Positions 35,127 through 47,303 of a stretch of 64,000 nucleotides of DNA are shown one piece after another. Under the pieces are notes generated by a model. It was not told the origin of the DNA. It was given only the letters and a program-made list of their open reading frames with translations, and did no database searches. Source of the DNA: Perkinsus chesapeaki ATCC PRA-425 (lineage: Eukaryota > Protista > Perkinsozoa); contig JAAPAO010000110.1 in assembly GCA_013115145.1 (NCBI GenBank), positions 10,564 to 74,563 of the forward strand, read 5' to 3'. How positions within the stretch are numbered: the first letter of the stretch is position 1; each line of letters begins with the position of its first letter. A program made the position numbers and the translations under genes.

Positions 35127-36841
35127 ATGGCCTCATCACCCCCGTACTATGATGGCCCTACTGCGGCAGAGTCGTCCAAGACGAAGTCTCTCTGGGGAAG
35201 ATTCCTTCATCGCGTTAAAGTCTTTAACAAAGCTCGAATGGATTACGTGCGTCTAGCATGGCCCACTGAATGGGCAGTCTTCAAGAAAGGTGCCTGGTAA
35301 GATATCTTAGCTTCATCCTTGCACTTTGAAGAATGCTCTATCAGGTGGGGTATCCTATTCTTTATTATAACCTTATTAATCCACAACTGGGTTCATAACT
35401 GCGTTTACATGTTGGCAGGCCAATACGGAGTGTAAACCTAACCCTCCCCGATCCCATCGCCAGCCGTTTCCTCAGATACGGTCCGTATGGTCGCCCTGGC
35501 AACCCTGTAGTCGACCTTCTCTTCGAGCTCTTCGGTCCTGGTCCTGCCGAATGGAATGTAGGCCCTTGTCACATCACTATGCGTATCTTTGCTTTCAGCC
35601 TGCTCCTGGAGACATCATCCTATATTTCACCATCTTAATGGGCGTCGGCTACGCCCTACGACCATTGCTCTTCCCTTTTCCATACAGTAAGCCATCCCTC
35701 AGCTCAAAGTGAACAATGCCTAAAACGATAAAATTTAACATAAATGCATCACCAACTTATTTGTCATGAATTCCAGAAAGTCTAGATTCCTCACTATTGA
35801 AAAGTCGAAAACAAATTCGTCATATTGAAGAATCAATTTTGGAAAAAGCTACGAAAGAAGCTTTCTGTAATCTCTGAACAGGGTTCATATGAACCCCTTG
35901 GGTCGCCCAAGTGTGATGATCAATAAAAACTCAACAGCAAATTTCAATCGCTTTGTCGCACTGCATCAATCCTGAGGTTTTGTCGAGTATATTGTATAGT
36001 TCCTCGGACTGGGAAGCTCTGAGGACGACTTGTCTGGGCCATTGTATCCTTTTTAGGGGCTATGAATATCTTATGGAGATGGGCAATGGTCGCGAGTTTG
36101 GCAACGTATGCCCGACTCGCTTCTTTCATATTCACGGTGCGTTACAGATCCACACAAGTGCGCACTATGAAGAATATCTTTTAGATTCTTCCTGGTCCCG
36201 CGGACCACTGTTCTGAGGCCAATTTCGATCCGCCTACTACGGCGAGTGAAATTTTCGCTCGAATATTTGTATCCGGTGGATGCAGCGATCTAATATTCTC
36301 AGGACACATGCTGTACGTTATTACAGTGACATGCGCCTTATGTAAGTCTCTCTACCGAAAGGTCCCTGGTTCGATCCCCGGCAACGGCATCTTTTTCTCA
36401 GTTCGCTACGCTCAAAACTGGTTCATTAAGTATTTCGCACTCGTTCTTAACATACTACAAGGAATTCTCATCATCGCGTCACGGCGTCACAATACTGTCG
36501 ACGTGGTAAGGCTTGACCATATCCTTTTGTCACTTCATTTCTATCAGGTGGTTGCCGCTTATGCCGTGCCTTGCATTTGGTGCACCTTCGCCTACTTTGT
36601 AAGCTCGCATCACCACGTGGCATTTATCAAGTATTGCCAGGTACCCAACGACTTTGAGGTTGAAGTGCCACCAGAGATCACTGGCCAGGACACAGGCAAC
36701 TCGGGGACCGATGCCGGAACGATGAGCGAATGCTCAGAGCCTATCACTGATCTCAATCCTAGTAGCCATACCCGTGCTAGTGGTTCTACAACTGTTACCG
36801 ATATCGAACTTGGTCACCCGGTGGCCACTTCTACGGCGTAG
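35127..36841 (+). CDS. Sphingomyelin/inositolphosphorylceramide synthase family protein, paralogue 1 (multi-exon)
   Basis: GGCSDLIFSGHM (D3) and IASRRHNTVDV (D4) motifs; HNWVHN transmembrane motif; exon structure shared with the two downstream copies. Confidence 0.85.
36358..36389 (+). pseudogene. tRNA 3'-half fragment (Phe-like) inside intron 36342-36401
   Basis: AAAGGTC CCTGG TTCGATC CCCGG CAACGGC A then TCTTTTT: variable loop, T-arm (4/5 pairs), 7-nt acceptor strand, discriminator. No 5' half upstream. Confidence 0.7.
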
Positions 36842-38400
36842 TGGTAGGGGTGTAAAAAACACCCCCAGATTTGTTGCAACCGTCTTGTGTTGCTCTGAGC
36901 CCTCGAGTAGGGTTGCTTATCCTATTCCAGACAGTATGCCTGAATACCATTTCGTCCGGGCCAAAGTATGACGTTGCCGATTGTGCTGTTAATACGTCAA
37001 TATCAATTGGTCCGTGACTTGTGTCTTATACAATCGTGATACTTATTGTTCCTTCCAAAACCGTTTCACCGCGGGATACCTCACTTCGTTCCCACGTTAC
37101 TCTTTCTGGCTTGAGTTTATCAATTACCGACTCCAGTTGAATGGTTCTTGCGCTTCGATAAACTTGTACCGGAATTGGCGTAATTGATTAACTTATTCGA
37201 GACTAAGTGAAGCATCAAGGCTTGACTCTACACCAGAAAGGCAAATGTGGGGGGGGCTGTGACGCCGATTGATAACGCGTCACAGAAATGCGCCATAATA
37301 TTATGATGATATTGTAAGCGGAACTCGTGAAGCGCTTCGCTCCGCCGAGCCCGACTTATGTTCTTTGTGCCAGCTTGTCCCATTTAGGCCTTCTTATATC
37401 GAATCTTTCTCACATATCTTTAGCTGAGCTATGTAAGCTTAGTACGCTATAGTATATACGTCAAAGTAGACATAAGTATAGTTGCTTAATAGTTATTTCA
37501 TAGTTATTCATAGTTCTTTTTAGAGTCCTAAGTGTAGGTTCTCTAGTTCTAAGTATTGGTTAAGTTCCTTTGTTGGTTGCATTACTAACTAAGGCCTTAT
37601 CTGGTATTATTTAAGAAGTTATTGAGTTATATCAGTTGGCGCGTGATTGGTTCACACGCCCAAACTCCTTTTTATAAGGCTTATTAATATATTCTTGTGG
37701 TTGGTTGTACCGAGACCGTCCACAATATTTTGTAGTGCTTATGACCAACACAAAAGGAGACATTTTCACTTCTCACTTGTTTCGCTTTTCTAACTCCATT
37801 TCGGGCGTGCGCTTGACAGGCGCGAGATTGAAGGAAGATCTTCAATTGAAGAAGAATCTTGGCCCGATAACTGTCCGTTGAATAAGATTTAGGATCTTTC
37901 CTAATACGAACTTGTCTGTCCTCTCTTCCGGCCCATAACAATATTTCCTAATTCGTTCTTTACGTCATTCTGTCACTTCTTGTTCACCTTGTATAATAAT
38001 TATATATTATTATAATATATGATTACCATCTCACTAGGAGCCACCTTCACGGAACTGCAGAAGTCTCTATGGCAACTGCGAACAAACTCAATTCGGCCTC
38101 GATGCTGAAATGTGGAGAACCTCTCTTTTTAGCTCCTTTATACCGCGTTGCTTACAAGTTGCTGAAAACTAATAAAATCGCCCGGGTTACCTGGAGCGAA
38201 GTTACGGCAACTGTTGTTACAGGCAACCGCAGTTGTTACAACTGCGAGTAGACGGAGTAATCAATTGCTTCAATTTTGGACGTCTGAAAGTACCTCGTAA
38301 AATAACTTGGATTGTAAAGTGAAATCGATTGAAGCACCAAGCTAGCAAGCACAGAGCTCGAACGCAGACAGCAGTTTAACACGCTCTTGTTTTTGAACCA

Positions 38401-40618
38401 ATGGCAGCAGCTGGCAGCACCACTTTACGGTTATTTTTTAAAGGGAGATGGAAGTATATTAAAGAGGCATGGCCGGTTGAATTGGCAGTCCTCAAAAAGG
38501 GATGGTATGGCGGACTGTGGGGTACTTGTTGAAGACAATTGTTCCTTCAGGCCTTACATGGTTGGTGGTTTAATATCACTTCTTATTCATAATTGGGTTC
38601 ATAACATGGCTTACTATTACGCTGGAAAATACCATGTGTAAGTGGGAATGTGCTCAGGACGACTCGGGCAAACGACGAGGCACGTCAATTTTGGATGGAC
38701 ACTTATCGAGGCTACCCATCATCCATCTTTATTATTTACCCTTTTTATCGTTCTCAACTGAACGTAGACTCAATTAGACTATCTCTCCCCGATAGGTACG
38801 GACCCTACAAAGGGCCCAACAATCCAATCCATGATTTTGGTTTCGAATGGTTCGGGACAGCTTTCGTCGGTTGGTCGGTAAGGTCCATTGTTACCCTACC
38901 TGTTCGATGTCTTGCTCCAGATGCCTCCTGGTGACATCGTACTCTATATTACTCTTATTATCGGCATCACCTTTGCAGTCCGCCCCTTGTTCTTTGCCTT
39001 TCCAACACGTAAGCCCCATGGTTTGGATATTTAAATGCAGCGTCGAATAGGTACTATGAATATTTTATGGAGAGTATTAACTATGAGCATCTTCACTGTG
39101 ACGGGCCGGTGTATCTCATTCATCTTCACAGTAGGCTTCAATCCGACCTTGTGGGAATCTTTCGGACGTTTTTCTTCTCAGTTGCTACCGAGCTCGGCCG
39201 AGCATTGTTCTGAAGAGGATTTTGATCCTCCCAAAAATTGGGGGGCTATATTTACCCATTTGTCGGTGTCAGGAGGATGCAGTGACCTCATATATTCAGG
39301 GCATATGATGTACGCATTGCTCTGCACATGTGCTTTATGTAATACCACCGGATGAGGGCGGCGGCGGAGGGGAAATATCCAATAGGAAATTCACAAACAG
39401 GAGGGCATGCTCTTTGGTGCTGGGGTTGTGGAAAGTGATGTGGATAGGAGTAATATATATGTTCGATATAAGTTTTATTGCATTCAAGCATAATACTTTA
39501 TTATTATAGTAAGAAAACCTTTCATATCATATTGGTTATTGATAAGTATGATATAAAAAAGCTCTCTTATATATGCTTCAAGTTTGATAATAGTTGTATT
39601 ACTATTTTCTCCAACCAAAAGCCGAGTCCGTCAAATCTGGCGTTGATGTGTTTTCCTGCATTTTCCTCAATAGCTCGTTCTGTGTCAGTTCGATATGCCC
39701 AGAATTGGTACATTAAAATAATATCGCTGTTATTGAACATCCTTCAAGGCTTTGTAATTGTCGCCTCAAGAGCACATTACAGTGTCGATGTGGTAAGTAG
39801 TTCGAGGCCACTATCAATTTTGTGATCATTTCTTGTCAGATAGTAGCAGCTTACACCATACCAGCGTTCTGGTGCACATTTGCCTATTTCGTAAGTTGCA
39901 CTGAGGGGGTCTGTAATTTCAGCGTTCGACGGTGGAGACATGCGCTCTGGCGGAATAATATCGGAGCTGTCAAGAGAAATTACTTAAATTGATTGGGGGA
40001 ATTTCGTGGAGGTCATATTGGTCGGGCATAATATGAAAAACATAGTCAAGCGTTTTCAGCGGACTTACATCTCGAAACACCTGCGTCACAGATTTAGTGA
40101 GTAAATACTTTTCTTATCGCGTGCGAAGTCGCTGTACTTTGAGAAATTGATAGATTCTAGAAGAAGTTACATGTTCAAGAAGGATACACGGCGGCTTCTT
40201 TGGTTTACCTATTCCATGGGCGTACCTTTTATATTCGATTTCTACTCACATTTAGTCGGCAGAATCTATCCTAGAAGTATCTACGAGTGAATATTTGGGA
40301 GTTTCAGCTTGGTAAATTGCGACAGTTCAGTTTGTCAAATATCTTTTGTTGAGCGCTCACCATTTTGTTGGGACGTCCCATTCCGTGCAATACTTGACCA
40401 TTTTGGTATTCCCTATTTGTCAGGTCCCTGAGGATATCGGTCCGAATACGGTACCGCTCCCAAAAACGTCGGGGGATTTAGGCGGAGCGCCAGCCGTCTT
40501 GTCCGATTCACCTGCTGAGAACGCGATTGATCTCGAGCTTGGACCTATTGGAGTCACCGCATCTTCATCGTCATCGGTTCTCCAGGATAGGGAACAAGAG
40601 GTCAACGGAAGAGCGTGA
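38401..40618 (+). CDS. Sphingomyelin/IPC synthase family protein, paralogue 2 (multi-exon)
   Basis: MAAAGSTT..AWPVELAVLK; GGCSDLIYSGHM; VASRAHYSVDV; same intron positions as the other copies. Confidence 0.85.
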
Positions 40619-41596
40619 CTCAGCCACGAGCTAGCTCCCGTCCGCTGCAGCTAAAGGCTGCTGTCCATGGTTGTTGTTATTATTATAATAAAGGAGAGTT
40701 TCATACTACTTGTTCCTTCATAACCATCTTCCCCGGCAACCGTCATCGGTGGTGATGCGGTGTACATACCATAAGTTATTATTATTATTTTGGCTTGAAG
40801 GATTCTTATTTACTATCACTCAATGTAGATACGTTGTCGTAACATTGTCTATTATCACACTGTTGATCATTTTGGGTTTTAGTGGCTCAGATGGTATAAG
40901 TGTGCGCATGCGTGCAGATTATTTGTGTCGAGGGACAGCTTTGCAGTATCATTGCGATTGTATTTTATGTCAATGTTATCGTCAACTGATGATTCTCCGG
41001 CGCAGGTCCAGCAGTCTACACTAGAGGTTCAAGCGGCAGAAGGCGGACTTGAGAACACTGGTAAGCTGCTGGGGGCTCTTAGCATACAACAATAGGCAAT
41101 TTGCCCATTATATATCTCTATTCCTGATGTATGGTCATATTTCTATTCAAGGGTAATATTGTTCATAATATAAGTATAATAACGACCAATTTGAGCACAC
41201 GTCCACGAGAATGTGTGCCTTTCTGCTGCACATGTGTGCATAATAAGTAACTTTTATTATCGCTAGGTAAGTCTGTAGAGGTATTTCCATCAGACTTGCT
41301 TCTCATATTGACAAAACAACGTTTTCTTCACTTTCAATTACTGTGTAGTTATTGTACACTCCTGCCGTAGGGTAGATGTTGATAAATGTCACTCGTTCAA
41401 TCGGAGCTGTTAGCGACACTTCTCTCTCGTATCTATTCGTACTGCAAGCTCCTTGCAAGCTTAATTCTCGTTTTGCTCAGCCACTTCTAAAGTTGTCGAT
41501 AAATGCGAAGTCAGTGGGCTAGCAGCAGCAGGAGCGTCGTCACAGGAATGTGGCCTCCGCTCCCCCCGCCACCGCCGCCGACCATTTCTTGTGCGA

Positions 41597-43183
41597 ATGA
41601 AATCGTCTATACGTGCTAGAATCGACTACGTCAAAGAGATATGGCCGTTAGAATGGCTCGTGTTGAAAAAAGGAGCATGGTGAGATAACCGTATCATTGC
41701 AGTGGAATTGGCTTGCACGACATCGCGGCCGCTAGAGCACCCGTAAAACCTCTCTCAGCTGCTTGAGGCTCATCGGGTGTGTTTGGTCATATGAAAAAAG
41801 TTTTCCCTTTCCCGCGATGAGAGTCGTTATTTCTCGAATCTCCAGACATCTCCCCTTCGTAAGGTGCTTTTCCGTAACAAACTGAAGTGTCCATACTATA
41901 CAAGTCATGCTACACATTCTTTCTTTTCCTTCACGGCGATTCCGAGGTCCTTCTAGAGAGATATTTGTGAATAATAAAATGCAGTTGAGGAATGTATATT
42001 CTCCTGCTTCAGGTGGGGGATCCTACTGTTTGTCGTTACATTGATCGTCCACAACTGGGTGCATAATATGGCTTATTACTACGCTGGAAAATATGAAGTG
42101 TAAGGAGTCTAGCGGAGCGAAGCTCTAAATTATTATTACCTTGCAGTTACGGTCCATACAATGGTCCAAAGAATTCAATACACGACTTCTTCTTCGAATG
42201 GTTCGGGACAGGCCTTGTCGATACTGCTGTAGGTGGGCGCAGGTTCGATCCCTGCACACTGCATTTTTCCAGGTTGCCCCCGGTGATGTAACTAATTATT
42301 TCAGTCTACTATTCGGTATTTGCTACGTTCTTCGCCCTTTACTCTTTCCCTTTCCGCACAGTAATATTTAATATTGCTTCGCTCCGCTGTACTATTGTTC
42401 CTAGGGGCAATGAACATGCTTTGGCGGTGGGGCGTGGTCGCCAGTCTGGCCACCTATGCTCGATTGCTTACTTTCATGGTCACTGTAAGAATTTGCTGTT
42501 AGCTCGGAGTTTCACGCCTCATCTTTCAGCTACTTCCCGGTTCGGCACAGCACTGTTCCGAGGAAGAGTTCAATCCACCAGCAAACTGGGGTGTCATTCT
42601 AACCAGGCTCTTCACCTCGGGAGGCTGCAGTGATCTTATTTTCTCTGGTCATATGATGTATACCATTATCGTCACTTGTGGAATATGTAATTAAAATGCC
42701 TCTACTGGGGTTTGAACCTGTGCCCTTTCAGGTCGCTATAGCCGTAATGTTTACATTAAGGTTTTTCTTATCTTACTCACTATATTACAAGGCTTCCTTA
42801 TCATAGCCTCACGCTCTCATTATAGCGTCGACGTCGTAAGTTGGTCTAACAACTATCCAAGAAGTATCTTTCCTCCTTAGGTTGTCGCTGCATACGCGGT
42901 GCCCTGCATGTGGATCGCCTTCGCGCATTACGTAAGTGTGATGTGCTGAATACTCTCACATACGTCTCAGGTCCCCAATGACTTCCGAGTCGAAGATTCG
43001 GAATCAATCTCCTCTCCTGACGAATCTGGTCGCGAGGAGGAGGAGGGTGATAGCGCCCTGCCGTCTCCAGGTTCAGTCAGCAATCGCCCACATAGTAAAA
43101 TATCTTCCGAGAGCACCAGGACCTCTCCCGGAGGGCGTGACTTGGAGCTCGGCGAGTCCCCGCCGACCGGAGCTAGATCTTGA
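41597..43183 (+). CDS. Sphingomyelin/IPC synthase family protein, paralogue 3 (multi-exon)
   Basis: IWPLEWLVLKK; GGCSDLIFSGHM; IASRSHYSVDV; stop TGA at 43181-43183. Start codon uncertain. Confidence 0.85.
42235..42263 (+). pseudogene. tRNA 3'-half fragment (Leu/Ser type-II-like) inside intron 42229-42272
   Basis: GGGC GCAGG TTCGATC CCTGC ACACTGC A TTTTT: perfect 5-bp T-stem, canonical T-loop, 7-nt acceptor strand, discriminator A, T5. Confidence 0.75.
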
Positions 43184-43968
43184 AGATGATATTTGTTGAG
43201 TCAGACAATGCATTCTGACTGTCTTCGGGTGTGGTTTTGTTGTTGTTATTATTACCTACATTTTGCTCCAGTAGCGCGCACGCGCTGAGTGCCATTACTC
43301 CACAACATATTAATTGTGGGTGTTCTTATTATTCTCCGGTGAGAATCAATTGTAAGATTTATGATGATTTTACTACTAACTAACCACTCCATGTCTTACC
43401 GGGTTTGCCTAATCATACTGCCTATCCTCATGGCTGCTCATCATCATACCTAAAACGACACGAATCTAAAAGAAAGTGTGAATCTAATCTTCCAAGTGTC
43501 TGGTAATGACTTCTTAATGATATTATCGCAACGTGTGATCCTATTGATTCACTTAAGTAAGGTTACTGTTGCGTTTAATATGGTGGTGCTTCCAGAGCTT
43601 CGACTACGAGTTGTTATGGAGGAATCAATTTCCTTTGTTGATGGTCGAACTTGGTGTAAGTTACTTCACCTGTAGAACACAACTGGTCAGTAGTCCATAT
43701 AACGGTTATCAAGGTGTTAACAACCCTCTGTGTGCAAATGAGGATTAGGGAAGTTCTGAAGCGATGCTTGTATATATCAACACTTAGCCAAAAGCTCGGG
43801 AATGTATTTATTGATTATAAAACTGTATATTATCATAATATACAGTATTAATAATAAGAAGTGGTATAATAGTAATAATAGCAGTATATATAATAATATT
43901 ATTACTGTTGTCATAACAACAGTAATGGGAAATGTTATCTTCCTCGATCAGTGTAGATAACAACTAGG

Positions 43969-45106
43969 TCACATAAAGGTCGAATAGTTCCCCACACTGC
44001 TCCTGGCTAATATATAGAAGAGTGATGCCTCATCCCAAGGATGAAGGTCCGTAACAAAGGTCTTCTGGTGGTCGAGCATGACGCCACGCAAACCGTATTG
44101 AGTGACCAATCTAAGCTTGTCAATGGCACGGGTTTGAGAGAAGAAATAATAACCATTATCCTCGTTGAAGAGAACCGAGCCATTACCTTTGGGATCAGCG
44201 TGAAAATCGTAAATCATGCTGGAGTAGCCCAGGTCTGCGGTGACGTATGTAGCCCTTGCAAGTAGTGGTATCTGCGATAACAAGGATGGGTTAGGGAATA
44301 CCTCGAATAGCAGTGGTTGAGCGCTTACGGCTAGGATCATGCTCTCGGGTTTTGCACCGGCTAGAATGGCATTCTCAATAACTTCCTCGACGAACTCATC
44401 AGTGTTGAAGATAGCAGCCATCAAGTCATTCCCGACTTCGGGCCACAATCCAACAAAATTGATATCTGCGGTTGCAGCAAGGCCGCTCTTCTTTACGACA
44501 TACCAGTCTGTCGGGGCGAAACTGCCATGCAACGACCACGTAGTGTAATAAGCCGCGACTTTGGTACTTACTACACGGCAGCTGTCAGGTCAAGGTCCTT
44601 AATGGCCCGGATGACCTCCAGCACGTCCCTGTCATCAGATCTCCCCTGCACGTTTATCATGAAGCCATCCACCGGGTACTTCTTGAGAAAGTCGGTGGAG
44701 CTCTCGAGGAAAACGGTCTTGTTAAATGTTTTGCCTTCGAGTTCAACCGAACACAGTATCGTCCCGTTTCCGTCCGCAACTCGTCGATTTAGAATCTAAA
44801 TCGACGAGATCTAAATTTTAGATCTCTGAAGCCGGACTCATTCCATTCAGGGTAACGCGGGAAGTCCTGCTCGATTTTACTGTTACTAATGATATAACCA
44901 CCGAGCACGAAGCTCCTTGCACCGATATCGATGAGTTTGTCAAAGTAAAAGTCCCAAGCATAGCTTTGCTCTTTTGGGCAAAGATTCTTGTTGAAGCAGA
45001 AAGGGCCTTCCTTGACCGCCCACGGGTATCGGACCATCTTGTAGAACTCGCTGGTAGTAGCGTGAGCAAGGACGACAAGTGAGGGGACGTGTAAAACACT
45101 CCACAT
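43969..45106 (-). pseudogene. Secreted chitinase-like (GH18-fold) protein, copy 1, disrupted by a 29-nt insertion
   Basis: Signal peptide; FLKKYPVDGFMI and QYGLRGVML resemble GH18 strands beta4/beta8. Frameshift and stop at 44780-44826 relative to copy 2. Confidence 0.7.
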
Positions 45107-46184
45107 ATGCCTGATATAGCAGCACTCAAGTTAAAGACCCGCGTACTAGATCATCTCGAATCTACCCCTAGCACTACTGTATACTTCTCAAGAATATGTT
45201 TCGCGGACGAGGACGTAAATCCTGGGCAATTTCAATCATGGAATTGCTTATTCGTGAAACTGATTTCCACTACCAACAAATTGGCCCTATTTGGTCTACT
45301 GATCTCCATATCCACGAAATGAATTCCCAAAAGGTATATATCTGTAAATCGCCACTGAGGGCAAACTCAATGACGGAGTGGTATAGACTAGGCAGAGTAG
45401 CGGTTACTGACACTGTCACAGTGACTCCTGGATCTTCTCATCACGTCACGCCATCCTGTCACGGGATCGAGCATATTAGTTAAGTACACCAATGATTGAT
45501 ATATTATCTTGTACGTCCGTTAATCAATTAGCGAAGTGCCACCCCTCCATGGAGCCTGCCTGAGAACGCCGGCTCGGTCCAATCCTTGGATTTCGGACAT
45601 TTTGCCGAGAGCTGGTCAATGCCCCTCTGCAATACAACAGTAATTAGCCGCGGAGCTTTCGAGATCAATAGTTATTCCTCTGCGAACGACCACAGTGGAA
45701 CTCGTGAATTAACGGCACCGTGTGAGGGCAACCAAGGGCCCGATGTTCTGTGAAACCGGGCGGTCCTCGTTCCACGTTGATCTTATGATAAACCTGACCC
45801 AAGCTTACCTATTTACACAACTCAAGTCGATGTTAACAAAAAAAAAGCGCTGAAGGATACTCCAATTTGAGAAGTCCTCGACGAATAATAAGGATAAGTG
45901 TAAATATCGGGAACAAAGCTTGATCAGGGCCAGGTCGTAATGATACGGCTGCGACTGAGTAAACAAAAAACCGCCAGCTTCCGCCGCTCCTTCAGACTGA
46001 GTGAACTATCATGCACCACCACATGAGGCTATTGGCTGATACCAATCCATCCGCTGCATAACATGCATGCAGGTAACGTCAAGCATGGAAGTACTGTGTA
46101 GAGGCACTTCCTTATTACAGTATGGTATAGAGATAGAACTAGAGATAGCTTGCCAGCCTCAGCCAACGCTCGATAACGCCTGCC

Positions 46185-47303
46185 TTATGACCGCATTGCC
46201 TTGTGGATAACGTTGGAATCTGATCTCGGTGTCGACTTACCGTAGGTAGCCAAAGCGTAAAAGAGTGAGGATTCACCCCAAGGCAAGAGATCCTGGGCTA
46301 AGACATCCCCCTGTGCAAGCATGATGCCACGTAGCCCATATTGTTTCACCAGTCTGAACTTATCAACCGCACGGGTTTGCGAAAAGAAATAATAACCCTT
46401 CCCGGGGCGAAATATAACCGAACCATTACCCATCAGCGTGAAGGTCATAAACCATATCGGAGTAACCCGCGACTGATGTAGGGAAATATGTAGGTTCTGC
46501 GAGGAGTGGTATCTACGAAGCATCACCATCGGTTCTAGGTTATCGAATGAGCACTCACCGTCAAGATCATCTTCCTGCGTTTAGTACCGGCTAGAGTGGC
46601 ATTCTTGATAGCTTCCTCGGCGAATCCATCCGTGTTGAAAGTAGTAATCATGCTAGCATCAGGCAACAAGTATACGAAGCTTAGATCTGCGGTTCCAGCT
46701 AGGCCGCTCTTCTGGGCGATATACCAGTAAATCGAGGAGAAACTGCCACCGAATAATCCAGCGCTGTGAGGCTGAGCTGGAGGGAGCCTACCTTAATGCC
46801 GCCATTAGTTTGAGCTCCTTAATAGCCCGGATGAGTTCGAGCACGATCTCTGTATTGTTTCCGGTCTCCTTCCACGGGGTTATCACAAAACCGTCCACGG
46901 GGTACTTCTTGAGGAAGTCTCGAACGCTCTTTAAGAATACGGTCTTGTTGAATACTTCATCGTAAACTTCACCAAGGGAGCTCAGGATCGTCCCATTTCT
47001 TTCCTTTACTCGCTTTCTCAAGTCACGGAAACCAGTCCTGTTCCACTCGGGGTAAAAGATAACATCTTTAACGATTGTACTATTTGCAATTACATAACCA
47101 CCGAGCACAAAGTTCTCTGAACCGATTTCGAGAAGCTTACGAAAGTAGGCTTTCCAAGTGTATTTAGGCCAATTCGGACAAAGTGTTTCGTTCCGACATT
47201 GTGGTCTCTCTTTGATAACCCAGGGATATTGGACGCCTTTATAGAACATTTCGTTGGAACGAATAGGAATGTAGAGTAGGAGGATGCATAGAGCAGTCCA
47301 CAT
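46185..47303 (-). pseudogene. Secreted chitinase-like (GH18-fold) protein, copy 2, frameshifted near the C-terminus
   Basis: Paralogous to copy 1 throughout. After YDLHAD the frame shifts (GAT G GGT AAT GGT vs GAT CCC AAA GGT AAT GGC in copy 1), giving HADG*. Confidence 0.65.

Noticed and set aside
38878-38920. GTTCGAT in the paralogue-2 intron homologous to the tRNA-half intron of paralogue 3
   Set aside because: Only 7 nt shared, no stem; chance cannot be excluded.
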